Source: a virus
IMG/VR virus record: IMGVR_UViG_3300029616_000014
Span: 1-43,132 of that record
Length of the DNA stretch: 43,132 nt
Direction: 5' to 3' (one strand)
Under the pieces are notes generated by a model. That model saw nothing but the letters and a program-made list of their open reading frames with translations, was not told where the DNA came from and ran no database searches. The position numbers were made by a program, and so were the translations under genes. Positions 40,161 to 43,132 of this stretch are shown here, in pieces. The first letter of the stretch is position 1. Every line of letters starts with the position of its first letter.

Positions 40161-40673
40161 ATGGACGATAAGGCAACGGCGCGCGGGGCGCTGCAGGATG
40201 ACGCAGGAGCGATTTTTGCGCCGGACAGGGCAACTGCACAGCCCAGGCAGGACAACCCCGCCAAGCGCTATCTGCGCCGCTACGTTGGCTTGCGCAAGTA
40301 TCGGGACGCGCTGCGCGACGAGCTGCGGGAGCACTACAGCACGGCCACGGCCTGCACGGTGCGGCTTAAGCCCATCGCGGTATCTGGCGGCAAGGGCGCG
40401 TATGATCGCATGGCCGAGGATGTGTGTCAGATCGTGGATACCAAGGCCAGGCTCGAGCGGGCGATCTGCAGCCTGGATCAGCAGCTATCCGATATCCTGA
40501 CGCTGCTGGACAGCCTGAGCGATCAGCGCTACAGGGACGTGCTGGCCTACCGCTACATCCGCGGCATGACGTGGGAGCAGGTGGCGCGCGAGACAGGATA
40601 CGAGATTGCGCAGATATACAGGCTGCACGGGCGGGCGCTGATCGAGGTCAACAGGGCGCTGGACAGCCGCTAA
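40161..40673 (+). CDS. Late-gene transcriptional activator (RinA/ArpU/DUF1492-like, sigma region-4 HTH)
   Basis: N-terminal segment KRYLRRYVGLRKYRDALRDEL. C-terminal segment RYRDVLAYRYIRGMTWEQVARETGYEIAQIYRLHGRALIEV. It is the last rightward early gene before the packaging module. Confidence 0.65.
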   Translation: MDDKATARGALQDDAGAIFAPDRATAQPRQDNPAKRYLRRYVGLRKYRDALRDELREHYSTATACTVRLKPIAVSGGKGAYDRMAEDVCQIVDTKARLERAICSLDQQLSDILTLLDSLSDQRYRDVLAYRYIRGMTWEQVARETGYEIAQIYRLHGRALIEVNRALDSR

Positions 40674-40706
40674 AAAAAGAAGCCTCCGGGATTTCCGGGG
40701 GCTTTT
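40672..40706. terminator. Bidirectional rho-independent terminator
   Basis: A7, then gcctccgg-gattt-ccgggggc, then tttt. It sits between convergent genes ending at 40673 (+) and 40720 (-). Confidence 0.8.
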
Positions 40707-40719
40707 GCTGTGCGGTGGG

Positions 40720-41112
40720 TTATGCCGTGGGCAATTTGTGCCGGATGGCGTCGTACTGCGCCAGGATGGCGGCGTCATCATATTTGGCCGTGAGCCTTTG
40801 GATGGCCGGAAAGTTGCGGCGCTTGACGTCGGGGCCTACGGCGATCCACTGCCACGGGCCGCGAGACGTGGCAATGCTGCTGCCCTCCTGTGTGTGCCAG
40901 ACTGCCAGATGCAGCGCGATGTGGTACATTCCGTCTTGCTCATAGCTGCACTGCCAGGTGAGCGTGGCGGTCAGCGTGGTGCGCTCATCGAGCTGGATAT
41001 CCTTCGCGGCCCGCTTTTGCCCGCGAAAGATATAGTAGAGTTCGTCGAGGCGAAACCCGTTGTGCATCTTGGCGTTGATGGCGTTGATCTGATCGTCTGT
41101 GATGCTGTGCAT
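40720..41112 (-). CDS. Hypothetical protein (130 aa), last gene of the leftward operon
   Basis: Coding-like composition, W-rich, no motif recognised. Confidence 0.6.
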   Translation of the reverse strand: MHSITDDQINAINAKMHNGFRLDELYYIFRGQKRAAKDIQLDERTTLTATLTWQCSYEQDGMYHIALHLAVWHTQEGSSIATSRGPWQWIAVGPDVKRRNFPAIQRLTAKYDDAAILAQYDAIRHKLPTA

Positions 41113-41179
41113 TTTACAAGCCTCCTGGCCTTGTGGCCTGTTTTTGTCGCCCTCGTAACCTCCGGGGCGGCTTTTGTGA

Positions 41180-41380
41180 TCAGTAGCAGGGGTTTGCCTT
41201 GCTCAGCTCCCACTCCTCGCCGTACTTGCCGGCGTGGGCCTGCTCGTAGGCCGCGAAAAACTCCTGCTCGGTGCAGGGCGCGAGCTTGTCGTTGAGCTCC
41301 GCGCAAATGTCGTCATCCATCAGGGCGACGGCGGCGGCGTAATCAATCTCGGTGCCGTTGGCGTTGATAACCTTTGTCAT
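41180..41380 (-). CDS. Small acidic hypothetical protein (66 aa)
   Basis: Sequence begins MTKVINANGTEIDYAAAVALMDDDICAELNDKLAPCTEQEFFAAYEQAH. I recall similar small proteins on Firmicute mobile elements, but no function is known to me. Confidence 0.6.
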   Translation of the reverse strand: MTKVINANGTEIDYAAAVALMDDDICAELNDKLAPCTEQEFFAAYEQAHAGKYGEEWELSKANPCY

Positions 41381-41412
41381 ATTTTTGCCCTCCTTATTCT
41401 TTGTCCTCTGTG

Positions 41413-41577
41413 TCAGTTTTCCTTGCCCTGGTTGCGCTCTGCATCCTGCGCAATCAGCATGCGGATATAGGCAGATCGGCTCATGCCGTAAGCTGCTGCG
41501 CGCTTGTCCAGGTAATCCGATAGCTCGCGCGTCAGGATTACGCCGGTGCGCTCCTTGTCTCCGTCCTTTCTTAGCAT
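41413..41577 (-). CDS. Ribbon-helix-helix (CopG/Arc-type) DNA-binding protein, 54 aa
   Basis: RBS ggaggg. TGVILTRELSDYLDKRAAAYGMSRSAYIRMLI shows the beta-strand-helix-helix pattern. Below the ORF-track cutoff. Confidence 0.65.
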   Translation of the reverse strand: MLRKDGDKERTGVILTRELSDYLDKRAAAYGMSRSAYIRMLIAQDAERNQGKEN

Positions 41578-41612
41578 GCCGGCCCTCCTTGCTTGATGGT
41601 TTTTTTCATCGT

Positions 41613-42113
41613 TTATTCCGTTCCTTTCTTTTGGGCTTTTTTCATTTCGGCAATTTTTGCCATAATTTCTTCGGCTGGCACATCATCGTCATAATTTCCG
41701 GCAGCCTCGCGCTCGCTGATGATCATATCCTGCGCCAGGCCGTAGCTATCATCGTCTCCCTCATCATCCAGAGTGCTTACAACGCAAGATATGATGCCGC
41801 TAATACAAGCCTCGGTATCGCCGTCATCGGCATATTGATATATTATATCCGTAATATCATACGCGCCCCTGTCAATAACAGAGCGGCGGAAATCGTGCAG
41901 CTCCAGGCCATACGCATCATTGCCGATGCTGACGATGATAGATGAGCTACGGAGGAGATACCATTGGCGAGCTTTGAGGCGCGCCATATCGCAATCAGTT
42001 GGATCATAGGCAATCGTAACACTTTCCAGCGATTTTTCCAGGGCGTCGCGCGACGGGATATCGCACACATACTCACCGCTGTAATTGTGATAATACGCAT
42101 TATCTTTAATCAA
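41613..42113 (-). CDS. Strongly acidic hypothetical protein (166 aa), DNA-mimic candidate
   Basis: Hand count gives 35 D/E against 16 K/R. Asp clusters are present (DDGD, LDDEGDDD, YDDD), with a short basic C-terminal tail. Confidence 0.6.
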   Translation of the reverse strand: MIKDNAYYHNYSGEYVCDIPSRDALEKSLESVTIAYDPTDCDMARLKARQWYLLRSSSIIVSIGNDAYGLELHDFRRSVIDRGAYDITDIIYQYADDGDTEACISGIISCVVSTLDDEGDDDSYGLAQDMIISEREAAGNYDDDVPAEEIMAKIAEMKKAQKKGTE

Positions 42114-42131
42114 TTTTCTGCCGCCTCCATC

Positions 42132-42311
42132 TTACTTTTTGTCGATGATCTGGACGGTTTCCCAGCCATCCAGCGCGGCCGTGGTGTCCAGGTACTCGAG
42201 CGGCAACCGACGGATTTCGCTGTGGTCGCAGCAGTCTGCGCAGATGTAACGATATTTGCGGGTATCAACGATCAGTTCGCGCATTACCTTTTCAACAAAT
42301 TCCTTTTTCAT
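42132..42311 (-). CDS. Hypothetical 59-aa protein, first gene of the leftward operon
   Basis: ATG 42311 follows caaggagg. The longer ORF-track start at 42371 lies inside the promoter. Contains CADCCDH. Confidence 0.55.
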   Translation of the reverse strand: MKKEFVEKVMRELIVDTRKYRYICADCCDHSEIRRLPLEYLDTTAALDGWETVQIIDKK

Positions 42312-42361
42312 TTTGCTTGCCTCCTTGTTCTTTGCTGTCGGTTTCCCTTGAGCACGTCTGC

Positions 42362-42390
42362 ATTGTATCACGGTTGTGCCACTCTGTCAA
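42362..42390 (-). promoter_or_regulatory. Near-consensus leftward promoter with upstream A/T tract
   Basis: On the minus strand: TTGACA (42390-42385), 17-nt spacer, TACAAT (42367-42362). An UP-like A/T run lies at 42400-42420. Confidence 0.7.
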
Positions 42391-42461
42391 CACCTTTTTG
42401 CAAATTTTTTTAATTTTTTTTCGCCTCCGCAAAAGATGATAGCAAATGATAGTATCGACTG

Positions 42462-42470
42462 TGCTATAAT
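42462..42470 (+). promoter_or_regulatory. Possible extended -10 promoter (TGcTATAAT)
   Basis: tgctataat at 42462-42470 with no good -35. A hairpin plus T-run follows at about 42482-42518. Confidence 0.3.
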
Positions 42471-42638
42471 AGTAGTGTCAAGAGATCGGGACAGCAATGT
42501 TTCTGGTCTCTTTTTCTTTTAGGAGATAATATAGAGTATCATCCTCCGTATTCTGTATTATTTCCTATTAAAATGTAGTTTAATCAAAACGAATGGAAAT
42601 AAGTGTATTGTTAAGTCTCGTTTGTGTGAGGTGATGTA

Positions 42639-42782
42639 ATGCTCGCTGCTCTTGTGCGTGATCCCCTCCCGGGGTGGGCTGCGCTGGTTGTCGGTTGGGC
42701 GCAGACGAGGCAGCGAGGACGGCCAACAGGGCAAGGCGACGCGCTGACCGGGCAACGTGCCCCGCTGATGGTGGCGCTCTGA
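42639..42782 (+). CDS. Possible 47-aa ORF occupying a GC-rich island inside AT-rich DNA
   Basis: RBS gaggtg lies 6 nt upstream. Sequence MLAALVRDPLPGWAALVVGWAQTRQRGRPTGQGDALTGQRAPLMVAL. The island borders coincide with the ORF borders. Confidence 0.3.
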   Translation: MLAALVRDPLPGWAALVVGWAQTRQRGRPTGQGDALTGQRAPLMVAL

Positions 42783-42808
42783 TGGGCGCTGATCGGTGTA
42801 TATGCATG

Positions 42809-42956
42809 CTGTATAGTGTATGATGATACATTGTATACAGTATGGATATTCAATTGTTACATTTAACTACCTTTAACGGATACAGATATAGTATAATATA
42901 TCTATTTGTATCCGTTATCGATAACTATTCGCAAAACATCTCTTTCGCGAATAGTT
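42809..42956. repeat. Cluster of inverted repeats/palindromes in AT-rich DNA upstream of the terminal G/C-run region
   Basis: ctgtata (42809) pairs with tatacag (42840). aacggataca (42875) pairs with tgtatccgtt (42916). ttatcgataa lies at 42914-42923. aactattcgc (42923) pairs with gcgaatagtt (42956). Confidence 0.8.
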
Positions 42957-43040
42957 TGGAAATGCAAAAACAAGGCTGGAGCGGCCGCCGCGCTGACCAG
43001 CTGCGCAGCGGAAAAAAGGCCGAGCAGCCCGAAGACCCCA

Positions 43041-43132
43041 CCCCGCCCCCTGGGGGTATAGGGGGGGGATGCGATACCCGGGGGGCCGAATCGGGCCCGG
43101 GTCTCCGCCGCCGCGCCGCGACTAAACTAATA
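43041..43132. repeat. Right copy of the 92-bp direct terminal repeat
   Basis: Identical to 1-92. Confidence 0.95.

Noticed and set aside
1-43132. Stop-codon recoding, a diversity-generating retroelement or a retron as the hidden system
   Set aside because: All long genes are intact under the standard bacterial code. The only full tRNA has a sense anticodon (UGU). No reverse-transcriptase-like ORF (no YxDD-containing candidate) is present on either strand.

Overview
The window is a complete temperate dsDNA phage genome: 43,040 unique bp plus an exact 92-bp terminal overlap (1-92 = 43041-43132). RBS style and a tRNA-Ser attP suggest a high-GC Gram-positive (Clostridia-like) host. No tail tube, sheath or tape-measure gene is visible, so the virion is probably podovirus-like. 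Gene order runs as follows. A G/C-run terminal region leads into terS, terL, portal, scaffold and an N4-gp56-type capsid. Next are connector and fibre genes and a lysis cassette (NlpC/P60 endolysin, two holin-like genes). These are followed by internal virion proteins, including one 2783-aa ORF, and a GerE-type HTH. An insulated accessory cassette precedes attP (3' half of tRNA-Ser(GCU) flanked by TGTACACAATA repeats). The lysogeny region holds a tyrosine integrase, a membrane-anchored XRE protein, a membrane protein and a CI/Cro switch. After it come alternating small membrane ORFs, an octapeptide-repeat protein, and a structured non-coding stretch with a tRNA-like minihelix and tRNA-Thr(UGU). 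The recombination genes are an exonuclease, an annealing protein, SSB and an ERCC4-like nuclease. The replication genes are an orphan CHC2 zinc finger, an SF3 helicase split in its P-loop by a LAGLIDADG intein with class-3 hallmarks, and an inverted iteron cluster. MazG, a Lar-like protein and a RinA/ArpU-like activator follow. The window ends with a leftward five-gene acidic/RHH operon driven by a consensus promoter, then an AT-rich palindrome region. The best candidates for undescribed biology are: (1) the leftward acidic/RHH operon, (2) the promoter-leader-terminator-insulated glycine-zipper gene next to attP, (3) the giant ORF with a low-GC inserted module, (4) the structured RNA/tRNA-like/tRNA locus, and (5) the Ala1 intein. 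All functional calls come from reading motifs by eye; no database search was run.
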